From the NCBI GenBank assembly GCA_965140445.1, contig OZ223236.1, forward strand, positions 1,600,001 through 1,664,000: a DNA stretch of 64,000 bases. Reading direction: 5' to 3'. Within the stretch, counting starts at the first letter, position 1, and the number at the start of each line of letters is the position of its first letter. Under the pieces are notes generated by a model that had not been told where the DNA came from, ran no database searches, and saw nothing but the letters and a program-made list of their open reading frames with translations. This DNA comes from Candidatus Ozemobacteraceae bacterium (GTDB taxonomy: Bacteria; Muiribacteriota; Ozemobacteria; Ozemobacterales; Ozemobacteraceae). This document shows positions 36,350-46,300 of the stretch, in pieces. Made by a program: the position numbers and the translations under genes.

Positions 36350-36514
36350 TTCCACTCACTTTTTCTCTATCTTTTTTATAGTTAGTTAATAAACATTGTA
36401 AAACAAACAACCATAAAAAAAAAGAAGCGATATTTGCTGGTTCTACGTGTAAAGGCTACTTTCTGTGTCGAGTCATAGTATTCAGAGCCCACTGAATTAA
36501 AAATGGGTGAAAAT
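35813..36514. repeat. About 700-bp duplication (Rhs core plus type-2 leader); partner at 38360-39060
   Basis: Offset of 2547 nt at the core and at the start codons. Confidence 0.9.
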
Positions 36515-36629
36515 AGCTTGTTTTTAGTGGTTTTATGGAAAATAGCAAATGGAAGATGTTTTGAGGCCAATCAGTTGTTTTTTAGCTCATTGAAACGGGA
36601 AATTACCAGGGGGATTTTGGGAAAAGAGA

Positions 36630-36664
36630 CTCAGCCGGCTCAAAATGGTATTGAGTCGGCTGAG
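36630..36664 (-). terminator. Hairpin, possible terminator of the Rhs 4 module
   Basis: CTCAGCCGGCTCAA / TTGAGTCGGCTGAG followed on the minus strand by TCTCTTTT. Confidence 0.5.
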
Positions 36665-36720
36665 ATTATGTTGTATGGGCTTTGGGGGAGTTTGGGGGTA
36701 GAATTGGCAAAGCGAAGGCT

Positions 36721-36816
36721 GGCGCGGGCTGTGCTCTTAGGTGCGGTTGCAAGGGAGCAGCCAGACCGAAGCCGCTCCGAGGTTTTAACCGGAATGTGCA
36801 GCGACACCGGGGCCGC
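36721..36816. repeat. Repeat B, copy 3 (partial, lacks the palindrome core)
   Basis: CTGTGCTCTTAGGTGCGGTTGCAAGGGAGCAGCCAGACCGAAGCCGC is identical to copy 2. Confidence 0.85.
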
Positions 36817-36833
36817 TGCCATAAATCCAAATG

Positions 36834-37589
36834 CTAATCAACTCTAACTCCCAAAGGTTTCATTTGTAGAATTTGAGAAACCTTCTTGGCCGATTTTGGG
36901 AAACCTGATTTAAAGCCATTCCATTCATTGCCAATAGCGCCAACTCTCAAACAGATAGCCACGCTCTTTAAAGTTGAAGCTGTTTTTAGTCTTTTAAAAA
37001 AACTCTGATTGTCAAAGTTCTCAGGTAAAGAATCCAATTTTTTTAGCAAATTTAATAACTCATCACCTTTTGAATTTTGCTTGATTAGCAAAGTATAAAG
37101 AACTAGTTGAACTGCACTGTTCGACTTGTAACATTGAACTTTAGATTCTATGGCTCTTATGTATGCTTTGCGAACCTTGCAGCTGTCTATAAAATTAATC
37201 TTTAACAATTGCTCACATGATGCCCAAAACAAATTGCAATTTTCTCTGTCAAGATAAGAAATCAAAATTTGTAAAATTTGTGGCAAGCGTTCTTTATTGT
37301 AATGATAAAGCGCCGGCAAAATTAGAATGCCAAATAAAGCTTTTAACGGCCCATCTTTGCTTTTAGAAATACTTAACACCTTCATTTCAAGAATCGCATT
37401 CCTGGCTGAAGCATTTAAGTTTTCTCGACAATAGACATGAGATATCGAAAATATATTCTCCGTTATAGCTTTGTCTGTTTTTAATTCCTTTGTTTGCTGA
37501 AAAAACCAGGCGTAAGGATCTCTTTGTGAATATAGTGGTATTTCTACTAAAAGAAGCAGTAAAAATAGAACTTTTCCCAGCAATTTCAT
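36834..37589 (-). CDS. Putative immunity protein 4 (signal peptide, helical)
   Basis: Abuts/overlaps the Rhs 4 stop; MKLLGKVLFLLLLLVEIPLYSQ signal. Confidence 0.68.
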   Translation of the reverse strand: MKLLGKVLFLLLLLVEIPLYSQRDPYAWFFQQTKELKTDKAITENIFSISHVYCRENLNASARNAILEMKVLSISKSKDGPLKALFGILILPALYHYNKERLPQILQILISYLDRENCNLFWASCEQLLKINFIDSCKVRKAYIRAIESKVQCYKSNSAVQLVLYTLLIKQNSKGDELLNLLKKLDSLPENFDNQSFFKRLKTASTLKSVAICLRVGAIGNEWNGFKSGFPKSAKKVSQILQMKPLGVRVD

Positions 37590-38896
37590 CTTAGAAAGCC
37601 TTGCCCTCTCTCCTTAAAAACTCTCCACATATCTGACCATTTGGGATGGGAATTATTTATAGGTTTCCCATAGCAATTCCAAATTTTTTTAACCTTTCCT
37701 GTGTCATATGCGTATGTAGCTGAGTCTCCACCCCAGTGTGAATTGTCGTATATCTCCCCAAGAAATTTATCACTGTAAAATCGTTTTGGTTCAGCATGAA
37801 CCCATGACGATCCGAGTAGAGTTCTAAACATGTTAGCTTCTAAGGTCTTGCCAAAGTCGTGATTTGCCGTTGTGTACCCACCTAAATATTCTTCAGCTAA
37901 CTCGTGAATAAGTACAGAAGTGAGCATTATTGGATCGGAATAATACCTAGAGCTCATTTCCAGGGTGTTATTAGAGGTGGATGTGTCACCAGTTACCCAC
38001 TTAAAAACCATCATTCGAGTTGAATTGGGATCTGTTCTCATACCACGAAAAGAAGCTTGTAGCAAATCTCTCAATTGAAGCCCTAATTGTCCGCTATTCC
38101 CAATACCTCCATAAATAGCAGAAAGAATCATACCACCACTAAAATTTCTTTCAACTAACTTATGATGGAATTCAATCCAAGAGATTCTTTCAGTTGGTAA
38201 ATAACTTGGTAGTCGATTGGAAAAATCGATCGAAAATGCACCAGATGGGTCGTAATATTTTAAAGGATTGTTATCAGCATATCTGTAGAGGTTATTCCCC
38301 CCGTTGAAGCCTATGGGGTCTTTTGAGGTGAATCTACCGAGTGCTGGTGAGTAATAACGATTACGGTTGAAATACTGATTCACAATTTCTGAGTAACGTC
38401 TTCCGGTGTAGAGGTATGGGGTTAGTTTTTTGGCGAAGGATTTGCCGAAGGCCCAGCCGTTGTGGTTGGCGTGGCCGAAGCCCCAGGTGGTGCCAAATCT
38501 GTTGAGGTAGCTTTCGAATTCGTTTTCTTTGCAAGGAGATTTTTTGCAATTTTTGTCGTTCCAGCGGAATTCGCCCCAGGCATCGTAACCGATTCTGGCG
38601 ATTGCTTTGCCGTCTTTGCTGGTGAGAGCGATTGTTGAGCCGAGACCATCTTTGAGCATGGCCAGAGACAGGTGATTGTATCTGGTATAGGCGATGTCGT
38701 CGGAACCAGGTCCACCGATGAATTCTCTGAATATCTTGAGTTGTGGCTTTGCTGGTTTGCATCTACCACGGAATTTGAATTTAGGGTCAGTTACCAGATA
38801 TTCGTGTGATTCGTCAGCGCCATTCAAAAGAAAGTCAGGAAATAAATCTTTGGGTAAAATTTCCGACATTCCATTTTTTCTAGTTGTTCCCGTCAT
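37586..38896 (-). CDS. Short Rhs core plus variable C-terminal toxin 4 (metallopeptidase-like)
   Basis: Core ends NNPLKYYDPSGA; about 216 unique aa containing SVLIHELAE. Confidence 0.85.
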   Translation of the reverse strand: MTGTTRKNGMSEILPKDLFPDFLLNGADESHEYLVTDPKFKFRGRCKPAKPQLKIFREFIGGPGSDDIAYTRYNHLSLAMLKDGLGSTIALTSKDGKAIARIGYDAWGEFRWNDKNCKKSPCKENEFESYLNRFGTTWGFGHANHNGWAFGKSFAKKLTPYLYTGRRYSEIVNQYFNRNRYYSPALGRFTSKDPIGFNGGNNLYRYADNNPLKYYDPSGAFSIDFSNRLPSYLPTERISWIEFHHKLVERNFSGGMILSAIYGGIGNSGQLGLQLRDLLQASFRGMRTDPNSTRMMVFKWVTGDTSTSNNTLEMSSRYYSDPIMLTSVLIHELAEEYLGGYTTANHDFGKTLEANMFRTLLGSSWVHAEPKRFYSDKFLGEIYDNSHWGGDSATYAYDTGKVKKIWNCYGKPINNSHPKWSDMWRVFKERGQGFLR

Positions 38897-39179
38897 TTCC
38901 GCTCACTTTTTCTTTATCTTTTTTATAGTTAGCTAATAAACATTGTAAAACAAACATCCATAAAAAAAAAGAAGCGATATTTGCTGGTTCTACGCGTAAA
39001 GGCTACTTTCTGTGTCGAGTCATAGTATTCAGAGTCCACTGAATAAAATTGGGTGAAAATGACCTGCTTTTAGTCCCAACTCTATTTGTCGATAAGGCTT
39101 TTCATTTGGCCGACCCCTGAATCTTTGGGCTACTGGGGCCGCAATAAAGTTCCTGAGCTAAAATCGAACATTCTGCTTC

Positions 39180-39578
39180 TCAAATAAGCAATTTCCCAAT
39201 CAACTTAGCATGAATGAAAAAACCAAATCCGATCTCAAAAAAGCTTACTAGGGGGAGTAACAAGAACCATATTCCGTCTTTCTTGCAAAACAACCTTGTT
39301 GAAAGCATTCCCAGGTTGAAGATGAATAGAAGCCACCAAATCCAAAAATGGGAATACAAAAAAAGTACCAGTTGAACTGCCAGGTCAGTCCAATAATCAG
39401 GTGTAAGAGAAAAATTTCCATACTTTACGATTATCAATTTATTCCAACCCGAGGAGCAAGAAGCGAAGGCGAAACCAAGGGGCAAATTCCAACAAACAAA
39501 AATCAAGAATTGTTTAAAAACGCTTTCTATTCTCAGGACAATGGCAGCAAATTTATACAGAAGAGGTAAACTTTTCAT
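39180..39578 (-). CDS. Small membrane protein, possible orphan immunity gene
   Basis: About three hydrophobic segments; starts 3 nt after the upstream stop. Confidence 0.5.
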   Translation of the reverse strand: MKSLPLLYKFAAIVLRIESVFKQFLIFVCWNLPLGFAFASCSSGWNKLIIVKYGNFSLTPDYWTDLAVQLVLFLYSHFWIWWLLFIFNLGMLSTRLFCKKDGIWFLLLPLVSFFEIGFGFFIHAKLIGKLLI

Positions 39579-39581
39579 AGC

Positions 39582-39938
39582 TTAGAAATCAGCTTCGGGT
39601 AAAGAAATAGGATACCTCTGGCATTCTAGGCGGAACATTTGAGATAATTTATTGATTTCAATATTCGTCCGACCCATCTCAATGATCATGTCCATTCTAT
39701 AAGCCTGTTTAGGCCTTTCCTCCGTCGAAAAAACGAAGATTCGTGCCAGGCCTCCAGCAAAGCTGAGAAAGCTATCATAAGCATTGAAAAAACGATCGGT
39801 CTCAAATTGCTCTATAACCTTCCTCCCAATTGGAGAATACATGCTTAACTCCACCTTGTTTCTATAACCGGCAGCATTCGACATTGTCTAGAATCCAAAA
39901 TCCTTATACGTCATTCCCGGTTTCCATAATAAAAACAT
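39582..39938 (-). pseudogene. Possible eroded toxin C-terminus
   Basis: ORF 39884-39582 continues upstream in frame past a single TAG (39890-39888); same orientation as the Rhs modules. Confidence 0.3.
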
Positions 39939-40222
39939 TTCCTCTTGTGATTCCTGCAAATAAGTAATTTGTGGAAATATGTTTTGTTTCAACAGTATAG
40001 CAGATATTATCAGCTACTTACCAACAGCTATTATGAAATTGTAATGGTGGTCACCGCGAAGCTCATTAGTGATTGAAATGGCAAAAAAACACTAAAGAAA
40101 AAAGGATTAGCATCCATCTTTTCACTCAGTCTTGCAATTAACACCCCATTGTTTGTTAGTATAATCTGCAACTTTTTTTGATAGAATGCTAAAATTCAAT
40201 TATTAAAACTATCGGAGTAGAA

Positions 40223-41032
40223 ATGCTAACTGGAGAAAGATCAGAAGGAACACTGATAGAGCATCTCGAAGATTTGAGATGGGTAATCATAAGAAGTTTG
40301 ATTGCTATTGCAGTTCTTTTTCCTCTGGGGTTCTATTTTTCTGATCAGATAATGAATTGGCTTATTTCATCTTTTTGTCCGTCCGGGTTCAAACTCCGAT
40401 TTTTTTCTCCTATTGAGCCGTTAATGGTGAAGTTCAAGCTTTCGTTTTATGTATCCATTCTTCTTGGTATTCCTTACCTTTCAAAACAAATTTGGGGATT
40501 TATTGCTCCTGGTCTATATCTGAATGAGAGAAAGCTCGCCAGGAATTTTGGGATATTCAGTTGGTTTCTATTTGTTTCTGGAGCTGTTTTTGCTCTGTAT
40601 ATAATCCTGCCGCTGATAATCCAGTTTTCTCTTGGATTTCAATCAATCTATCTTGAAGCGGCTATAGGGATAGCTCAATTTGTTAGTCTGACCGGCTGGC
40701 TTATCCTTGGTTTTGGCGTAATGTTTCAGTTCCCGATTTTGGTATTCATAGTTGTAAGATCAGGGCTTGTTTCACTTGAAAGATTGAAAGCATTAAGATC
40801 TGTTGTTTTCGTGCTGATATTATTTATTTCAGCTCTTTTAACTCCTCCTGATTTTGTAAGCCAACTTTTAATGGGAGTGCCAACATATTTGTTGTTTGAA
40901 CTTGGCTTAATTCTTTCCTCAATTTTTGGAGCTGGAAAAACATTGAATAGTATTGAGAATGAAGCAAACATAGAAGAAATTATTGATGCAAAACAAATTG
41001 AAACGGATGATACAGAAACCAAAAAAAACTGA
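40223..41032 (+). CDS. tatC: Twin-arginine translocase subunit TatC
   Basis: EHLEDLR, QIWGFIAPGLY..E, FQFP and LTPPD..SQ motifs. Confidence 0.95.
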   Translation: MLTGERSEGTLIEHLEDLRWVIIRSLIAIAVLFPLGFYFSDQIMNWLISSFCPSGFKLRFFSPIEPLMVKFKLSFYVSILLGIPYLSKQIWGFIAPGLYLNERKLARNFGIFSWFLFVSGAVFALYIILPLIIQFSLGFQSIYLEAAIGIAQFVSLTGWLILGFGVMFQFPILVFIVVRSGLVSLERLKALRSVVFVLILFISALLTPPDFVSQLLMGVPTYLLFELGLILSSIFGAGKTLNSIENEANIEEIIDAKQIETDDTETKKN

Positions 41033-41139
41033 TTCTCAGACAAAATTCTCTTATTGAGCGCAAATTTTGTGATTTTATTTGACTTTAATGCGTTTATTAT
41101 TAACATTTCTTTACAAATATTAATGCGCGGTGGCTGATA

Positions 41140-41976
41140 ATGATTCTTTATTACGCTATGGGTGGCGGCCTGGGGCATCTTACAAGGTTCAGAGCTGTAT
41201 GCAAAACCCTTGGTTTTGATGAAAAAATCTGTTTGGTTACATCATCTCCAAATTGCAAGAATAATGATATTATTCCTTCTGAAGTTCAAACCATTATCCC
41301 CCCTTTTTATGCAGCCAACAGTCGCGAAGATATGGGAGGGTGGCTATCTGAAGTTATAGCTCAAATTAAGCCTTCGAAAATATTCCTGGACGCTTTTCCA
41401 GCGGGCATTCTTGGAGAATTTTGCCATACGCAGATTGCTGATGATATTGAATTTTTCAATCTGGCAAGAATTCTGAAGTGGGATGTTTATAAATCACGGT
41501 TAGGCAAAATTGATTACAGGTTCAAAAAAGTTTTTGTTCTTGAAGAACTCTCGGAAGACCACCGATTATTTCTTAGCCAGAATTCAGACGAGGTTGAAGA
41601 AATCAAGTTGTTACTCCCTGAAAAAAAGGATTTGAATGTGGACATTCCGGATGGGGCATGGATTATTGTTCATGCTGGTGCCCACGAAGAGACTTTGACC
41701 TTGGTTCAATATGCTCAATTGGAGGCTGAAAAAGCAGGGGTTAAACCAGTTTTTGTCTTGATAACTCCAGAAAAACCTCCGAAGCTTGCAAATGAAAAAA
41801 TCATTCATTTGGACGTTTATCCTGCATATTCCCTTTTTGAAAAGGCTGGAAAGGTTATTTCAGGTGCAGGGTTTAACATGGTTGATCAGATGAGAAACAT
41901 GCGTGATAAGCATATTGTTTTGCCATTTGATAGAGTTTTTGATGACCAACACCTACGTGCCAAAAGATTAGTCTGA
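41140..41976 (+). CDS. GT-B glycosyltransferase-like protein, paralog of 14628..15473
   Basis: YAMGGGLGHLTRF, DAFPAGILGE, GAGFN and DDQH. Confidence 0.7.
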   Translation: MILYYAMGGGLGHLTRFRAVCKTLGFDEKICLVTSSPNCKNNDIIPSEVQTIIPPFYAANSREDMGGWLSEVIAQIKPSKIFLDAFPAGILGEFCHTQIADDIEFFNLARILKWDVYKSRLGKIDYRFKKVFVLEELSEDHRLFLSQNSDEVEEIKLLLPEKKDLNVDIPDGAWIIVHAGAHEETLTLVQYAQLEAEKAGVKPVFVLITPEKPPKLANEKIIHLDVYPAYSLFEKAGKVISGAGFNMVDQMRNMRDKHIVLPFDRVFDDQHLRAKRLV

Positions 41977-42086
41977 ATAAGGCTTTAACAGCTTTCCCCC
42001 TTGCAGGACAAGCGCTGCTTGATGTATCCTTTCAAAGAACTGCGAAGCACAAAATTTGCAGCAGAAAGCGAATTTGAGGGGTGAAA

Positions 42087-43319
42087 ATGAAGATTCTCCA
42101 CACTTCTGACTGGCATTTGGGGCAAACTCTTGTTTCAAATAGCCGTGAAAACGAGCATCGAAAATTCTTTGACTGGCTTATTGAGACAATTAAAGCCGAA
42201 GAAATTGATTGCTTAATAGTTGCTGGCGATGTCTTTGATAATGCCACTCCCCCAAGTTATGCACAAAAATTGTATTTTGAGTTTTTGGGAAAGCTTCAGG
42301 ACACTGGATGCAAAAATACCTTCATTTTAGGAGGAAACCACGATTCTCCCGCGGTTGTAAATGCTCCTGCACCATTTCTTAGGCATTTGACTGTTTTTGC
42401 GATGGGAGCAATTCCGGATAATCCTGAGGACCAGATTTTTGTAATAACGAATGCTGAAAACGAGCCTGGTGCCATTTTTTGTGCTATTCCTTTTTTGAGA
42501 GACCGTGATGTCAGAAAGTCAATTGCAGGCGAAACCTATGACGAGAAAAATACCAGGCTTCTTAATGGCATTAGAAACCATTTTCAAAAAATCCTTGAAT
42601 TAGCCCAAAACAAAGCAAATGAGTTGGGAAAGCCCGATTTGCCAATCATTGGTAGCGGGCATCTGTTCGCAGCCGGAAGCCAGGTTAGCGAAAGCACCAG
42701 AGATATTTATGTTGGCAACCTTTTCAAGTTCTGCGGCGCAGACTTCCCTGAACGATTTGACTACATTGCTCTCGGGCACATACATATTCCGCAACTGGTT
42801 GGCAAGAAGAACAGGGTGAGATATTGCGGTTCGCCGATTCCAATGAGCTTTGATGAAGGAAGACAGATAAAGCAGGTTGTCGTTTTTGATACGCTAAATA
42901 AAGAAAATATTAAAACTATTGATATTCCGTGTTTCCAGCGACTAGCACTCCTTAAAGGCACTATAGAGGAAATTGGCCAGCAATTATCTGAGCTGGTAGA
43001 AAATCTTCATTCCGAATCTGCCTGGGTAGAAATTCAGGTAAAGGAAGATCGTGAAATTCCTCGTCTTAACGAAAGGGTTGCTGAATTAGTTGAAGATTTG
43101 CCAGTAGAAGTCCTGGTCTTGAGACATGTTAGAAGCTCAATTGATATTGGACTTAGAAATGAAACCGCAAAACAGCTTTCAGAGTTTAGCCCTACTGAAG
43201 TTTTTGAGAAACGTCTTGAACTTGAAACAGAAATGGAGGATTCAGAAAAAGAGGAAATGCGCATGGCATTTTCTGAAATCCTTGAAGGGCAGGACTTGGA
43301 AAAGGGTGCTTCAGCATGA
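42087..43319 (+). CDS. sbcD: Nuclease SbcCD subunit D
   Basis: HTSDWHLG, AGDVFD, GNHDS and ALGHIH motifs. Confidence 0.95.
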   Translation: MKILHTSDWHLGQTLVSNSRENEHRKFFDWLIETIKAEEIDCLIVAGDVFDNATPPSYAQKLYFEFLGKLQDTGCKNTFILGGNHDSPAVVNAPAPFLRHLTVFAMGAIPDNPEDQIFVITNAENEPGAIFCAIPFLRDRDVRKSIAGETYDEKNTRLLNGIRNHFQKILELAQNKANELGKPDLPIIGSGHLFAAGSQVSESTRDIYVGNLFKFCGADFPERFDYIALGHIHIPQLVGKKNRVRYCGSPIPMSFDEGRQIKQVVVFDTLNKENIKTIDIPCFQRLALLKGTIEEIGQQLSELVENLHSESAWVEIQVKEDREIPRLNERVAELVEDLPVEVLVLRHVRSSIDIGLRNETAKQLSEFSPTEVFEKRLELETEMEDSEKEEMRMAFSEILEGQDLEKGASA

Positions 43320-46300
43320 AAATTCTAAAGTTGCGTGGGAAAAATATTAATTCGTTAAAGGGCAATTTCGAAGTTGATTTTTCAACTGGCCCGCTTGCTA
43401 ATGCTGGAATCTACGCTATTACAGGTCCGACCGGAGCAGGAAAAACAACTCTTCTTGATGTGATCAGCCTTGCCCTGTATAACAATATTGCACGCGGAAT
43501 AAAACCTAAAGACGTTGTGATGACAAAGCATACAGCTGAATGCCTTGCAGAAGTTGAATTTGAGGTTGAAGGAAGGCATTTTAAATCTTCATGGAGCCAA
43601 AAGCGCGCAAAAGGAAGCTCTGAAGGAAGATTTCAAGCGCCAAAAATGGATTTATCAGAGTTGTTGGAAGGTGAATTCGTTCCCATAGAAGGCAAAATTA
43701 AATCGGTGTCTGATGAGGTTGCAAGAATTACAGGTCTTGATGAAAAGAAGTTTTTCAGGTCAATGATGCTGGCTCAAGGGCAATTTAGGGCTTTTTTAGA
43801 TGCAACCCCGAATGAAAGAGCTGATCTTCTCGAGAAGATGACGGGAACAGAGATCTATGCGCAAATCTCTTCAAACGTTTTTGAAAAGGCAAAAGAAGAG
43901 GAAACCAAACTTGAAAAAATACGTGCAGTTCAGGGTGGAATTAAATTTCTGTCCGAAGAAGAATTGAGCAACTTAAAAAAACAACAGGAAGACAATAAAA
44001 AATCTATTAACGAATTCGATCAATCCTTAAGAGAACTCAGGGAAACTGAAAAAAAACTAGCTGAAGTCGTCGTTCTCAAGGATAGGTTGGCAGAACTGGG
44101 ACAGGCTAAAGTTAAGTTAACATCTGAGCTTGAATCTTCTCAGGAAAAAGCGAAAAAGCTGGAATTAGATGAAAAGCTACGTGAGATCGAACCAGAGTTT
44201 TTGAAATTAACTGATACAAATGAACAATTAATTCAGAATCTGGCCAGGAAAACTCAAATTGAAAAAGAATTGTCCATACTTCATCAGGATAGTAAGAACT
44301 TTCAGCAAAAGTTTGAGATTTTGCAAAAAGAGAGCGAACAGTTTGAGTTGGATTTTGCAGAAAAAAGCAAAGCCATAGACATGGCAGTAGCTCTGGATGC
44401 GCAAATTTTAACTGCAGAGAAAAATTCCAATGAAAAAGCATTGCAGATAAAAGAAGAGGATCAAAGGCGCACAGTTTTATTGGAGAAAAAGAAGGTCCTA
44501 GAAGATTCTCTGGGAAAAGCCAAAATAGAGTTGGATAAAGCTACAAAGCTTTTAAATACAGAAGACTATCCAGCTCTAACTTCCGACTACGCAAAGATAA
44601 ATGCTTTATTTGCTGGCTACGAAAATGCTTCCAGAAAAAGTTTGGCTAAGAAAGAGAGTAGAACTGCTCTTGTTAATCAAGCATCAATTGTTGCAAAGAT
44701 GCTTGAAGAGTCGCGAAATAGAGAAAAAGAGCTTTCGGGAAAATTTGACCTGTTACAAAAGGAATTGGAAAAAAAGAATCTTGAGTTAAAAGAAACTCTC
44801 GGCGAAAGAAAAATTGAAACAATTTTTGCTGAAAACGAGATTCTTAAGCAGAAGCTTGTTGGTTTGCAGGATTTTCTTAACTTGTACAAAAAGCTTCAAT
44901 CTAATGAAGAAAATGTTTCAAAGGCAAAGTGCGAGAAAACGTCTCTGCTAGCTGAAGCGCAAAAAATAAAGTCAGAAGAAAGTGAAGCAAAAGCACTTCT
45001 TGAAGAAGTTAAGGTTGATGTAAAACAATTTTCTGAGAAAAAGGAGCTTGAATCTCTAATTATTAATCTCGAAGAAGAAAGGTCCAGGCTTGAAGACGGA
45101 AAAGAATGTCCGCTTTGCGGTTCTCTTGAGCATCCTTATAAATCCGGTATAGTAGTGGACGTAAATTCAACTACAAAGCTTCTTAAAGAAAAAGAAACAA
45201 AATTAGAAAACCTGCACAAATTGCTTATTGAAATTTCCAGTCGAGATGCAAAAATCGGTGAAAAACTTGAATCTACAGATAAGCAAATTGCTAACTGGGA
45301 AACTGAATTAGAAGGTGTAAGAGCTGAAATTTCTGCCAAAGCTAAAATGCTGGAATTGCCAGTGGATCTTGAATTGCAGAAAGTCGAATCAATGGTCGCT
45401 GAAAATCAAAAGTTGTTGAAAACCTTTGAGGCTATTGCCTCCAAAGCCTTGGGGCTAAGAGAAACCATTGATGAGGCCAATGAAAAAATATCTGGTTTGA
45501 AAAACTCCATACACGATGAACAAAAGCTTCTTACAGAGCTTACTTCTGAAGAAAAGAATCTTCAGTTTCAGCTAAAGGAATGTGAAGCAGAAATTAATGA
45601 ATCAGATGGTTTGATCCGATCGACTTTGGAAACCGCAAGTGGAGTAAACCAAATAGCTTTTCGGCAGGAAGAACCAGTATTGGATTTGAAGGTATTTCTA
45701 CAAAACCTCCAAAACAAGATTAACTATATTGAAGAGACTAAGAGCCTAAAAGCCAGGAGCGAAAATGAAATTGAGGTATTTAATACAGATTTAAAAAACT
45801 ACGAAGAAAGATTTGTAGAGATAGAAAAAGTAATTTCCAGTTTAAAGGCACAGTTTGCGCAAATAGAAGAAAACCTCGTTTTATTAAAGAAACAACGCTC
45901 TGAGCTTCTCGATAATTTAACTGTCGATCAAGTTCGCAACAGTTTGTCTGAAAAGAAGAAAAGACTCGAAAAGGAACTTGCAGAAGCAAGAAATGCACAG
46001 CAGAATTCAGAACAGAAGATTGCTGCCGAGTCAGGCAAGCTTAACTCAACAAATGAAAATATTTCTTCTATCAAATCCCAATTAGAGAAATTGAGCACTG
46101 ATTTTAACGAAAAATTAAGACAGTTTGGAATTAACAGCGAAGAGAAATATCGTGAAAATCGCATAACTACAAGTGAAAGAGACGAGCTTAAAGAATTTTT
46201 CAGAGAACTAAATGAAAAAATAGCTGTAACAAATGGCAAAATTGAACAAGCCAACCTGGACCTTGAAACTCTAACCAAGAAGCTTGATCCTGTGCAGGAA

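Noticed and set aside
27181..36816. Repeats A/B as a CRISPR array
   Set aside because: Repeats are 100-230 bp, separated by kb-scale gene-containing segments; no cas genes.
28915..38896. Diversity-generating retroelement
   Set aside because: No reverse transcriptase; the variable tips are non-homologous rather than adenine-mutated copies.
39085..39112. Second dif-like site (TTTGTCGATAA...)
   Set aside because: Only a XerC-like half; no TTATG arm at 6-bp spacing.
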